Source: Chitinophagales bacterium (GTDB lineage Bacteria > Bacteroidota > Bacteroidia > Chitinophagales > LD1). From it: a stretch of DNA of 64,000 nucleotides. The notes under the pieces were generated by a model. The model did no database searches. It was not told the DNA's origin and worked only from the letters and a program-made list of their open reading frames with translations. Positions 46,819 to 56,078 of the stretch are shown one piece after another. The stretch spans positions 143,028-207,027 of the forward strand of contig JAEUVA010000011.1 of assembly GCA_016787045.1 (NCBI GenBank), given 5' to 3'. The position numbers were made by a program, and so were the translations under genes. The stretch's first letter is position 1. Every line of letters starts with the position of its first letter.

Positions 46819-47886
46819 TTACAATTCGTCTAAAGGACTTTTTACGTTAGCCAGCGATCTTTTACTGACGTGTGCGTAAATCAAGGTAGTGCGCACATCT
46901 TTGTGGCCGAGCAGTTCTTTGATTAGGCGAACGTCTGTACCCTGCTCCAGTAGGTGTGTAGCGTAGCTGTGGCGCAGCCCGTGTATGCCCACCGGCTTAC
47001 GGATGTTGGCTCTTTGCATGGCTTGTTTAAAAACTGCTTGTACACTTCGGATACTGTACAGCCCACCTCCCTGCCCTTCAAACAAATAGTACCGTGGTTT
47101 ATATTGCTTAAAATAAGCGCGCAATTCTTCTAAAACAGATTGCGGTAAATTTACATATCTATCGCGCTTGCCCTTGGCGCGTTCTATTTGCACCAGCATC
47201 CGTTTGCTGTCTATATCGGTAATTTTGAGCGCTACAACCTCGCTCACTCGCAGCCCCATGCCATAACAAAGTTTAAGCATGAGCCGGTGCTTCAGGTTTG
47301 GCATGGCCGCAAACATTTTAGCCACATCTTTTTTATCAATCACTTTTGGGAGCATGCTGTGCTTTTTGGGCCGCGGGATGTCCACAAACAATTTTTCGCG
47401 CTTCAGTACTTGTTCAAAGTAAAACTTAACAGCATTCATGCGGCTGTGTATCTGCGATTCAGTGAGCTTGAGCTCATTGGCACAATACAAAAAATAAGCG
47501 CGCAACCGCTCCGGCCCCAGCTCTTCTACCGGGTGCTTTTTAAGAGCATACAGTAACTGGGCAAATTCGTATGTGTAGGTTTTTATAGTATTTGGACTGC
47601 GACCCAATAGTTGCAGTTTTTCTATCATTTGTTTTACGGGTGCGCGGTTTACCTCGTATATATTTCCCAACAGTTGTTTTCCGGTAGCCACCGCCTCATT
47701 CACATGCAAAAGATTTCGGTGTTCGGGTGTATCGGGCAGGTACCACATTCTGCGGCTGTGGCTCCATCTTGTGCTGCTCATTTCTCTTACCAATCTGTTG
47801 TTTTCGGGTGTTGGCGGAAACTTGATAAACAGTACCCTTTGCTCACGGTGAGTATCGGGCAAAAACTGAGCGTGGGCTGGTAGCAT
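46819..47886 (-). CDS. Tyrosine-type site-specific recombinase/integrase
   Basis: The catalytic region reads GLRVSEVVALK (Arg), HGLRHSYATHLLEQG (H-x-x-R) and LLGHKDVRTTLIYAHV (His, Tyr). Confidence 0.85.
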   Translation of the reverse strand: MLPAHAQFLPDTHREQRVLFIKFPPTPENNRLVREMSSTRWSHSRRMWYLPDTPEHRNLLHVNEAVATGKQLLGNIYEVNRAPVKQMIEKLQLLGRSPNTIKTYTYEFAQLLYALKKHPVEELGPERLRAYFLYCANELKLTESQIHSRMNAVKFYFEQVLKREKLFVDIPRPKKHSMLPKVIDKKDVAKMFAAMPNLKHRLMLKLCYGMGLRVSEVVALKITDIDSKRMLVQIERAKGKRDRYVNLPQSVLEELRAYFKQYKPRYYLFEGQGGGLYSIRSVQAVFKQAMQRANIRKPVGIHGLRHSYATHLLEQGTDVRLIKELLGHKDVRTTLIYAHVSKRSLANVKSPLDEL

Positions 47887-48001
47887 AGCTCAAAATTATA
47901 CAAAATGCGCAATTAGATACTTTGTTGAAAATACACATCAATTCATATACAATCTGAAGCGAGTGTATTAATCATTCTTCCTGTATTGCTTTATTTGCTC
48001 T

Positions 48002-49258
48002 ATGTGGCGAAAGTTTATTGTGTTAATAGCCGTAAGTGCGGCCACGCTGATAGCGGCAGAAATAGCACTGCGCCTTGCCGGCTACACCCCCGGCAAGGTG
48101 ATCTACTCGCCATGGGTAAAAGAAATACCGAAAGAAAAAGTGAGTTTACTGCATGGTTTTGCAACGGATAGCAACGGCATTTTTAAAGCAGATGAGAGGG
48201 CAAAAAAGTGGATAGACTCTGCAATAGCCGCACAAGCAAAGAACCAGAATTTTTTTACCGATCGCAGCACAAAACCCTGGCAGGTACACGAGGTTTATTC
48301 GTTGTATTACGAAGCGTTGAATATGATTCATGGTAGAGTGAAAAATCCATTACAAGCGGCCTATTCTCAACTTATAATAAAAGAAACCCGCAACGATATA
48401 GAACAGGCGCTTATAGATTACGTGCACCATCCTGTTAATGAAGAGGGCTTTAGAAGTATTAGGTTTAAAGATTATACATCTGCAAAAAAGAAAGTCCTGC
48501 TTTTGGGCGATTCGTTTACGTGGGGCCACTCGGCTTATGATATTACTAATTCGTTTGCCGATATTTTATTGAGTAGAGGATACGCAGTATACAACACCGG
48601 CATCAGCGGAGCCGACCCGGCACAGTACTTAGCCATTGCACAAAAATATATACCGCTGTTGCGGCCCGATGTGGTCATCGTTAATTTCTACAGCGGAAAT
48701 GATGTGATTTATTTTGACCGAAAACCGGAGCCATATCAACCGTTGTTTTACACCACCAATGCCGGCAACATTATTGCACAGCCACAGCACCGGTATTTTA
48801 CCACAGCCGATAGTGCTTACCAGTTTGCCATGGCGTGCAGTTACATACCAAAACGCACACCATTCAACAAACTTTGTTCGCGCACTGTAGCGTCTACCTT
48901 TTTGTGGAAGCTGGTTTCTATGACCGGCTACCTTAATACCATACCCGTTGGCTATGATGCGTATTTTGACGAAGCCCAAAAAGAGGAACGCACCACGCCC
49001 ACCGCAAACGAAGAACTATTAGCAATTCAACAAATAGCAAAAAAAAGCAATGCAAGGTGCGAAGTGGTATTTATCCCCGAAACAAAACGCTGGAATAAAC
49101 TAAGCACACCCACCGATTACCGCGGCCTAGCGGATAGTATTGCGATTGTAATACCACAACCCATTACATTAGCGCACTACAAAAAAGAAGATGGTCATTT
49201 TAATAATGAAGGTCACCAGGTGTATGCCGATTTTTTGGAGCAATTGATTAATCGCTAA
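48002..49258 (+). CDS. SGNH/GDSL-family hydrolase-like protein
   Basis: There is an N-terminal TM segment. Block I reads VLLLGDSFTWGH, and GHFNNEGH lies near the C-terminus. Confidence 0.55.
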   Translation: MWRKFIVLIAVSAATLIAAEIALRLAGYTPGKVIYSPWVKEIPKEKVSLLHGFATDSNGIFKADERAKKWIDSAIAAQAKNQNFFTDRSTKPWQVHEVYSLYYEALNMIHGRVKNPLQAAYSQLIIKETRNDIEQALIDYVHHPVNEEGFRSIRFKDYTSAKKKVLLLGDSFTWGHSAYDITNSFADILLSRGYAVYNTGISGADPAQYLAIAQKYIPLLRPDVVIVNFYSGNDVIYFDRKPEPYQPLFYTTNAGNIIAQPQHRYFTTADSAYQFAMACSYIPKRTPFNKLCSRTVASTFLWKLVSMTGYLNTIPVGYDAYFDEAQKEERTTPTANEELLAIQQIAKKSNARCEVVFIPETKRWNKLSTPTDYRGLADSIAIVIPQPITLAHYKKEDGHFNNEGHQVYADFLEQLINR

Positions 49259-50302
49259 ATGGAAAAAAAGCTGAGCGTGGTCCTTACGGGCCGAAACGAT
49301 AATTATGGCGGGTATTTTAATGCGCGCTTACAAAACACGTTGCAGTGGTTACACTACTGGTTGTCGCACCACAAAATTTCATCAGAAATAATTTTAGTGA
49401 ATTACAACCCTATACCATCGGCAGCACCCATTGAAAAAATGATTGATATTCCAGCGGCCAATCAATGGGTAAACACACGAATTATAGAAGTGCCGGAAGC
49501 AGAGCATCAAAAAATACTGGCATCGGATGTACGCAGGCCAGTACCCGTAATTGAGTTTGTGGCTAAAAATATAGGCATACGCAGAGCAGAAGGCAAGTAT
49601 GTGATTGCCACTAATGCAGATGTAATATTTGATGCAAAAATATTTGAATATATTTCCGCGAATGGTTTAGACGAAAGAGCTTTCTATCGCGCAGCACGTG
49701 TAGATTTCAGGAGCAAAGAACAGATAAAATTTGAGCAAAACACGGAGCAGTTTGTCTCAGCAATTCGCCAAAACGTATTTCGCTTTTTTTTGCAGGGCGG
49801 TACATTTGACGATACCAGCCGCTTGCCTTTATGGTGGAAATTGGGCTACTTGCGGATGTTTAACGGTATTCGCAAAATCGTGTACAGCGGCATTTATCCA
49901 TTCAGAAATATTTTAAAGCATCTGATGATACCCTACACTAATGAGCTGTTTACCTTTAAATGGTTCTGCAATGCCAGTGGCGATTTTATGCTCATGAGCA
50001 AAGCCGCCTGGATAAAAGGCAAGGGTTACCCAGAAGATACATGGATTAGCACCCATACTGATTCGTTGCATCTGGTGATGACAGCCGTAAGCGGATTGAA
50101 ACAGAAATCATTACCGTATTTGGTATATCACCAAGAGCACGAGCGCAGGTTCGATTTTAGCGGCTATGATGCCGATATGGAGCTGATGTATAACCGATTA
50201 TTGAGTGAAGGAAAGGAGATGATGGCCATCGAAAAATCGCTGAATAACAATACTGAGAACTGGGGGCTAAATGGTGTAGTATTGCCAGAGAAAACAATAT
50301 GA
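49259..50302 (+). CDS. GT-A-fold glycosyltransferase-like protein (paralogue 1)
   Basis: The N-terminus is LSVVLTGRNDNYGG. VIATNADVIF is DxD-like. It starts at the TAAATG junction with the upstream gene. Confidence 0.45.
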   Translation: MEKKLSVVLTGRNDNYGGYFNARLQNTLQWLHYWLSHHKISSEIILVNYNPIPSAAPIEKMIDIPAANQWVNTRIIEVPEAEHQKILASDVRRPVPVIEFVAKNIGIRRAEGKYVIATNADVIFDAKIFEYISANGLDERAFYRAARVDFRSKEQIKFEQNTEQFVSAIRQNVFRFFLQGGTFDDTSRLPLWWKLGYLRMFNGIRKIVYSGIYPFRNILKHLMIPYTNELFTFKWFCNASGDFMLMSKAAWIKGKGYPEDTWISTHTDSLHLVMTAVSGLKQKSLPYLVYHQEHERRFDFSGYDADMELMYNRLLSEGKEMMAIEKSLNNNTENWGLNGVVLPEKTI

Positions 50303-51345
50303 AAAGCTCCACACCATATTTAAGCATAGTGGTTACTACCCGCAACGATAACCACGGAGGTGATTTACTAGCGCGCACCCAAGCATTTGTTAATGGGCTT
50401 TTGTATCAGTGCAAAAAATTTCAATTACACTGCGAATTGATAGTAGTAGAGTGGAATCCACCTGCCGGTAAGCCCCTTCTAAAAGAAGTATTGCCGGCTC
50501 CGCAAAAAGACGATTTTCTAAGTATCCGATACCTTGTAGTGCCTAACGAAATTCATCGCAAATACCTGATGAGTGATAAAATTCCGCTCTTTCAGATGAC
50601 GGCCAAAAACGTGGGTATCCGTAGGGCAACAGGGGAGTTTGTATTATGTACCAATATTGATATACTCTTTAGCGATGGTTGTTTTGAGCGAATGGCGGAA
50701 AAGAATTTTAGAGAAGATACTTTTTACAGAGCCAACCGGATAGATGTAGACAATGGGCTCCTCAAACTAACAAGTGTTAGTGAGCAATTGGAATATGCCG
50801 ATAAAAATCAAATCAAACGGCTCGGCCGAAATCGTCACCTAAAACATGTACGCGGCATATCCTCTTTCTTTTTTGGTTTTCCACGAGCTATGAAAGTTTT
50901 GGATTTACCCTGGGGCTGGGTAGATAAACTAATGCAGGGTAAAGCATACGAACTTTACCAGTTAGATACCATGGCTTGTGGCGATTTTACTTTAATGCAC
51001 AAAAGTGCCTGGATGAAAATTGACGGCTATGTAGAATTAGACATGTACTCTATACACATAGACAGTATGGCGCTCTACGCTGCACATTTGGCCGGATTGA
51101 AGCAGGAAATTTTTGAATGGTATGAAACTGTATTCCATATTCATCATGCCGATGGATGGGAAACCATCACCGATGCCAAAACTATGCTCCGCTTTTTGGC
51201 TCAAAAACCCGGGCTGGATTGGTGGTTGGTGGTACAAGCCACGCTGCAAATGAAACGTGAAGGCATAACATGCTACGAACTCAACAAGCCAGATTGGGGG
51301 TTTGCCAATGAAAAGTTTGAAGAGTATGTGCTCAAGCCACATTAA
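50299..51345 (+). CDS. GT-A-fold glycosyltransferase-like protein (paralogue 2)
   Basis: There is an ATGA overlap with paralogue 1. Motifs are LSIVVTTRNDNHGGD and VLCTNIDILF. KNVGIRRA is shared with paralogue 1. Confidence 0.45.
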   Translation: MKSSTPYLSIVVTTRNDNHGGDLLARTQAFVNGLLYQCKKFQLHCELIVVEWNPPAGKPLLKEVLPAPQKDDFLSIRYLVVPNEIHRKYLMSDKIPLFQMTAKNVGIRRATGEFVLCTNIDILFSDGCFERMAEKNFREDTFYRANRIDVDNGLLKLTSVSEQLEYADKNQIKRLGRNRHLKHVRGISSFFFGFPRAMKVLDLPWGWVDKLMQGKAYELYQLDTMACGDFTLMHKSAWMKIDGYVELDMYSIHIDSMALYAAHLAGLKQEIFEWYETVFHIHHADGWETITDAKTMLRFLAQKPGLDWWLVVQATLQMKREGITCYELNKPDWGFANEKFEEYVLKPH

Positions 51346-52340
51346 TAAACTAACGACTGTTTGCCTTGCAGCATTTGCAGCTTTATCTTTTGCTGCTCGC
51401 ATTTTTCAATCAAAAAAGTAAACCCAGCGTCTACGTTATCGCCAATGCGCGGCAAAGCTTCTAAAGGTCTTGAAAGCGGCCTGGTAAAATTATCCCAATG
51501 AATGGGCACCACCGTTTTGGCTCCGGTAGCAGTAATGGTTTCTGCAAAATACTTTTCACGAAACTCGCTGGTAAATTTGCCCAACATAGCGGTTCCAAGA
51601 AAAAACACATCAGTTGGCCTGCGGTACAAGGCACTGTCTAAATAGTTAGTGCTGGCCTTTACACAAAATCGCTTTTTGCCATGCGTGATATAAAAATCAA
51701 ATGTGCCGCCTTCTATGAACTTGTCTGCTTTAGCGGGTTGCCGGAGTGGCTGAGTAATGTTGGGATGGTTAGGGTCTGTAGCATTACTCTTGCCCAGAAT
51801 TTTGAAGGGAGGGGTATGTTTAGAGGTGAGCACTTCAATTGTAAATTTTCCTAATTCAAATTTTTCACCGGCAGCAAAAACATGCGTTTGTTTTTGCGGT
51901 AAGCCGGCACCACTACACACAAACGATGTAGATGAAGAACCATAAACTGTAGCACCCGTGATGTGTGCTACGTAAGGGGCATCCATGGCATGGTCATAAT
52001 GCGAGTGGCAAACAAATATCCCCCCGAGGCGATTAATGTTTTGCTCTGCCAAAATACTTTTTAATAAAAGTGTATCAGTTTTTACTTTTCCAAAAATTGC
52101 CTTTGCTGCATTTGGTCGGCTAAAAAATCCATCAATCAAAAGCTGCGTTTCACCATCGTCAAACAGCAAAGTAGAAGTACCAAAAAACGTGATGCGCACT
52201 TTGCCTTTATCAAAAACAGTATCCGCACTTTCAAAATACTTTTGGTAGTTGTTCAAGTTGGCCGATGGCTGAAAAGATTTGCAGCTAAAGATGCTAAGCA
52301 ATAAGCTGGAGGCCACGAAAAGAAGGATAGACTTATTCAT
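51342..52340 (-). CDS. MBL-fold metallo-hydrolase
   Basis: There is a signal/lipobox-like N-terminus. The H-x-H-x-D-H motif reads VCHSHYDHAMD. Confidence 0.65.
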   Translation of the reverse strand: MNKSILLFVASSLLLSIFSCKSFQPSANLNNYQKYFESADTVFDKGKVRITFFGTSTLLFDDGETQLLIDGFFSRPNAAKAIFGKVKTDTLLLKSILAEQNINRLGGIFVCHSHYDHAMDAPYVAHITGATVYGSSSTSFVCSGAGLPQKQTHVFAAGEKFELGKFTIEVLTSKHTPPFKILGKSNATDPNHPNITQPLRQPAKADKFIEGGTFDFYITHGKKRFCVKASTNYLDSALYRRPTDVFFLGTAMLGKFTSEFREKYFAETITATGAKTVVPIHWDNFTRPLSRPLEALPRIGDNVDAGFTFLIEKCEQQKIKLQMLQGKQSLVY

Positions 52341-52343
52341 AAA

Positions 52344-53366
52344 CTAACGAGCGTTAGCATCTGTTTGGCGAATAAAATCTACAATCCCCGGATAATACTC
52401 TTGCTGTGCATCCCACATACTTAGGTGGCCACCGGTAGGGCAATATAGGTAAGTGCCGTTTTGTACCAACTTGCTCATTTCTTCCATTTCGGCAGGGTTC
52501 ATGGTATCGTAGCGAGAGCCAATCATAAGAGTAGGTACGAGCAGGTTTTTTAATCGGCTCCAGCATTCCCAGCCCACCAAGCGGCCACCGGGTACAAACT
52601 CGCTGGGGCCTTGCAGTATTTCGTACACCGGTTGATTGATATGTTTAAACGAGCGGAGCACCGGCTCGGGCCATTCGCTGGCGGGTTTGCGCAAAATATG
52701 TTGGCAGTAATATTCATCAAACACCAACTGCTGATAAACAGGATTCATAAAGTCATTTCGTTTTTCAAAACTTTCTAAAGAGTCCACCAGCGATTGTCGC
52801 ATCTCGCTCCGCAGCTTTTTGTTGTATGCGCCATACTTCGCATAGTCGGCAGTCATATTGCTGACGATAAGCCCCTTCATGTGCTGCTGATATTTGAGGG
52901 CGTATTCCATACCCAAAATACCGCCCCAGCTATTGCCAAGTAAATAAAAATTGGTGCTGTCTAAACCCAGCGCCTGCCGCACTTGCTCTACTTCTTCTAC
53001 AAACCTTTCTAATGTCCATAGTGAGCTATCGGTAGGTTGATCGCTATAGTAAGAGCCAAGCTGATCGTACTGGTAAATTTCAAAACCCTCGCGCATAAAA
53101 AACGGTTCAAAGCACTCCATATACTCATGCGTAAGCGCGGGGCCACCGTGTAGCAGCAATATTTTAATACGTGGGTTGTTGCCTATTTTCTTTGTCCAAA
53201 CTTTGAATGTGCCTTTGGGTGTTTGTATAGGTATCATCCGCACACCGGCATTTTCTAAATCAGTTGCCGAGTAGTTAAAGTAATTGGCACTAGATTTTGT
53301 TTTTTCTGAATTACAAGAGTACAAGCCAAGCAGCAGTACGAAAAGAAATGAAGGCAAGCGTTTCAT
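52344..53366 (-). CDS. Proline iminopeptidase-family alpha/beta hydrolase (lipoprotein)
   Basis: From ATG 53366 the protein starts MKRLPSFLFVLLLGLYSC. Motifs are LLLHGGPALTHEY and GNSWGG. The longer listed ORF would overlap the upstream gene. Confidence 0.75.
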   Translation of the reverse strand: MKRLPSFLFVLLLGLYSCNSEKTKSSANYFNYSATDLENAGVRMIPIQTPKGTFKVWTKKIGNNPRIKILLLHGGPALTHEYMECFEPFFMREGFEIYQYDQLGSYYSDQPTDSSLWTLERFVEEVEQVRQALGLDSTNFYLLGNSWGGILGMEYALKYQQHMKGLIVSNMTADYAKYGAYNKKLRSEMRQSLVDSLESFEKRNDFMNPVYQQLVFDEYYCQHILRKPASEWPEPVLRSFKHINQPVYEILQGPSEFVPGGRLVGWECWSRLKNLLVPTLMIGSRYDTMNPAEMEEMSKLVQNGTYLYCPTGGHLSMWDAQQEYYPGIVDFIRQTDANAR

Positions 53367-53410
53367 ACCATGAATATAAATTGAAAACGCACATGTAATT
53401 AGCGGCAACT

Positions 53411-54208
53411 TCAGGAATGCTTTTCGCTCACATAAAACCGAAATAAAAAGTATGCCGCCAACGCATCCAGCAAATGCCACATGGCATGCCCCTGGATAAG
53501 CGAACCGGGATTGCAGAGCGGACTGTCGTCTTTCCAAATATTCCAGATAAAAAAAGCAAGTAGCAGTGAGGATAAACTGTAGTAGCCCCACTTGCGCTCC
53601 ATGTGCAAACCCTTTTGATAAGTGTTCAAAAATTCAAATACAATGGTGAGGGATATGAACAATGCAAAAATGGCATTGCCGGCATAATCAATAATAGGAA
53701 GTGGCGCATGATACAAGCCCACCACCTCGCAAAGGATTACGATAAGGATAAATGATACCGTGAAATAACCGTTGCTCCAATAAAAATAGCGCTGCATGGC
53801 ATAGCTGGCAGCAAATGATGCCACTAAGTACATGCTCAGCATGTCTAACGCACCGCCAATATGTGTTTCGGTGGCGTGCATGGCCATACTGCCCGGGCCA
53901 AGAAAAATAACTAAGCAAGAAAAATACAAGCTCGTAAAAGCACTTTGCGTAAAACGATTTTTATACTGTTCAAAATTGCCGGAGGCCAACTGCCAGGCCA
54001 TCAGTAAACCAAAAAACACAAAGCCAAGGTTGCTCCATGTATTAGCCGGTTGTTTAATGTACCCCGGGCGGGCGGCTTCGCAAAACGCCCCGCCCACATC
54101 GGCAGCAGGGCCAAACCATTGGTTAAATACAGCAATAAAAAACATTCCGAGCCATACAGCAGCCCAAAGCAAAGCAATAAGGAAAATGTTTTTGCGGTTG
54201 GCTAACAC
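53411..54208 (-). CDS. Ceramidase-family (alkaline ceramidase-like) membrane protein
   Basis: It has about seven TM segments. Motifs are QPANTWSNLGFVFFG, MAMHATE, LDMLSMY and the C-terminal HAMWHLLDA. The start is a GTG. Confidence 0.5.
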   Translation of the reverse strand: MLANRKNIFLIALLWAAVWLGMFFIAVFNQWFGPAADVGGAFCEAARPGYIKQPANTWSNLGFVFFGLLMAWQLASGNFEQYKNRFTQSAFTSLYFSCLVIFLGPGSMAMHATETHIGGALDMLSMYLVASFAASYAMQRYFYWSNGYFTVSFILIVILCEVVGLYHAPLPIIDYAGNAIFALFISLTIVFEFLNTYQKGLHMERKWGYYSLSSLLLAFFIWNIWKDDSPLCNPGSLIQGHAMWHLLDALAAYFLFRFYVSEKHS

Positions 54209-54216
54209 TTGTTAGT

Positions 54217-55419
54217 TTATTTGATTACACTTAATTCTTTTCCCACTTTAGTAAAAGCGGCTATGGCTTTGTCTAAATGCTCCTTTTCATGCGCGGCACT
54301 CACCTGCACGCGAATTCTGGCTTTGTCTTTAGGCACTACGGGGTAAAAAAATCCAATCACATAAATGCCTTCGTCTAACAGTTTGGCTGCAAAGTTTTGA
54401 GCCAGCACCGCATCGTACAGCATAACGGGTACTATGGGGTGTACACCGGGCTTTATATCAAAACCCGCGGCCGTCATTTGTTCGCGGAAGTACAGTGTGT
54501 TTTGTTCCAACTTATCGCGTAGCGCGGTGGTTTCGCTTAGCAAATCAAGCACAGCTATACTGGCACCCACAATAGCAGGCATAACGGTATTAGAAAATAA
54601 ATACGGGCGAGAGCGCTGGCGCAATATTTCTATTACTTCTTTTTTGCCCGATGTAAACCCACCGCTGGCCCCGCCCAGTGCTTTGCCCAGTGTGCTGGTA
54701 ATAATGTCTATTTGCCCATGCACACTGCAGTGCTCGGGTGTGCCGCGCCCGGTTTTGCCGATAAAACCACTGGCGTGGCATTCATCTACCATAATCATGG
54801 CTTGGTATTTATTAGCCAGCTCTACTATTTTATCTAACTGTGCAATGGTGCCATCCATGCTAAAAACGCCATCAGTAACTATGATGCGCGAGCGGTGATG
54901 TTGGGTGGCTTGTAGTTGTGCTTCCAAATCACCCATATCGTTATTTTTATATCTGTACCGAGCCGCCTTGCATAGCCGTATGCCGTCTATGATAGAAGCA
55001 TGGTTTAATTCGTCAGAGATGATGGCGTCTTCTTCGCCAAAAAGTGGTTCAAACACACCGCCATTGGCATCAAAAGCCGCAGCGTAGAGAATGGTATCTT
55101 CGGTGCCCAAAAATTCAGAAATCTTGCGTTCCAACTCTTTATGAATATCCTGTGTGCCACAGATAAAGCGCACACTGCTCATGCCGTAGCCGTGGGTGTC
55201 AATGGCTTGTTTGGCGGCCTCAATTACACGGGGGTGTGATGAAAGCCCCAGATAATTATTGGCACAAAAATTAAGCACAGCCCCCCTGCCCCCTAAGGGG
55301 GAGTTGCTCACCTCTATGGCCGCAGCTTGCGGAGTGGTGATGATGCGTTCTTTTTTGTAGAGCCCGGCTTTCTCTATTTCCTGAAGTTCGGTTTGCAGGC
55401 GTTCGCGGATGGTGTACAT
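54217..55419 (-). CDS. kbl: Glycine C-acetyltransferase (2-amino-3-ketobutyrate CoA ligase)
   Basis: Motifs are [79 protein letters not shown] prefer the ATG at 55419 to the TTG at 55443. Confidence 0.9.
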   Translation of the reverse strand: MYTIRERLQTELQEIEKAGLYKKERIITTPQAAAIEVSNSPLGGRGAVLNFCANNYLGLSSHPRVIEAAKQAIDTHGYGMSSVRFICGTQDIHKELERKISEFLGTEDTILYAAAFDANGGVFEPLFGEEDAIISDELNHASIIDGIRLCKAARYRYKNNDMGDLEAQLQATQHHRSRIIVTDGVFSMDGTIAQLDKIVELANKYQAMIMVDECHASGFIGKTGRGTPEHCSVHGQIDIITSTLGKALGGASGGFTSGKKEVIEILRQRSRPYLFSNTVMPAIVGASIAVLDLLSETTALRDKLEQNTLYFREQMTAAGFDIKPGVHPIVPVMLYDAVLAQNFAAKLLDEGIYVIGFFYPVVPKDKARIRVQVSAAHEKEHLDKAIAAFTKVGKELSVIK

Positions 55420-55463
55420 GTATCGGCTGTTTTGCGAAGCCAAAAAACAAATTTCTGCATAAT

Positions 55464-56039
55464 TTATGATGTGGTGGAGTGTTTGCGCAAAAACACCCGG
55501 TATAAAATAGCCACAACACCAACCACTACCATACTAAAAATAACAACGGGCACGATGAGCGCCAATATACTACCTATGATTGATAGGGCATTTTCGGCTG
55601 TAGCTATAATGCCGTTGCCCAATCCGGCAGTGAGTTTGGTTGAGCCAAGGCGCAATATGCCGGTGCCTGCCTGTATAGCCCCTGCGGTGCCCCCTCCTGC
55701 TACAATTGCCGATATCCATTTGGTCATGGGGTCAAACTCGGTAAAAACCGAAGCAGAAAGTGCAGTACCTGCAATGAATGCTGAAGGGGTGGTAACAGTA
55801 TCTAACAGATTATCTATTACCGGAAAATAATACGCCACCACTTCGGCCAGCGAGGCCACACCAAAGCAAATGATAGCAGGCCACGAACTCATCCACTCAA
55901 AGCCCGCTGAAAGGGGCAGGTATTTAAACTTAGCAGCAAGCCCGGCAACCAGCAAGGGTATAAATACCCGGAAACCGCAGCAAGCGCTAAGCGATATGCC
56001 AAGTGCTGTGGGGATAAGATAGTAGTTCAGTAAATCCAT
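55464..56039 (-). CDS. DUF4126-like membrane protein
   Basis: The N-terminus reads [28 protein letters not shown], followed by Gly/Ala-rich TM segments. Confidence 0.55.
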   Translation of the reverse strand: MDLLNYYLIPTALGISLSACCGFRVFIPLLVAGLAAKFKYLPLSAGFEWMSSWPAIICFGVASLAEVVAYYFPVIDNLLDTVTTPSAFIAGTALSASVFTEFDPMTKWISAIVAGGGTAGAIQAGTGILRLGSTKLTAGLGNGIIATAENALSIIGSILALIVPVVIFSMVVVGVVAILYRVFLRKHSTTS

Positions 56040-56078
56040 GTTTACGGGCTGTGGTTTACAGCAGTAGTACGTGCAACA

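Noticed and set aside
53367-53591. A 75-aa N-terminal extension of the proline iminopeptidase-family ORF
   Set aside because: It overlaps the ceramidase-like gene. The internal ATG at 53366 yields a clean lipoprotein signal (LLGLYSC).
53411-55443. A ceramidase-like gene next to an alpha-oxoamine synthase, as a possible sphingolipid (serine palmitoyltransferase) locus
   Set aside because: The synthase matches canonical Kbl block for block ([41 protein letters not shown]). It is therefore most likely threonine-degradation Kbl rather than SPT, and the adjacency may be coincidental.
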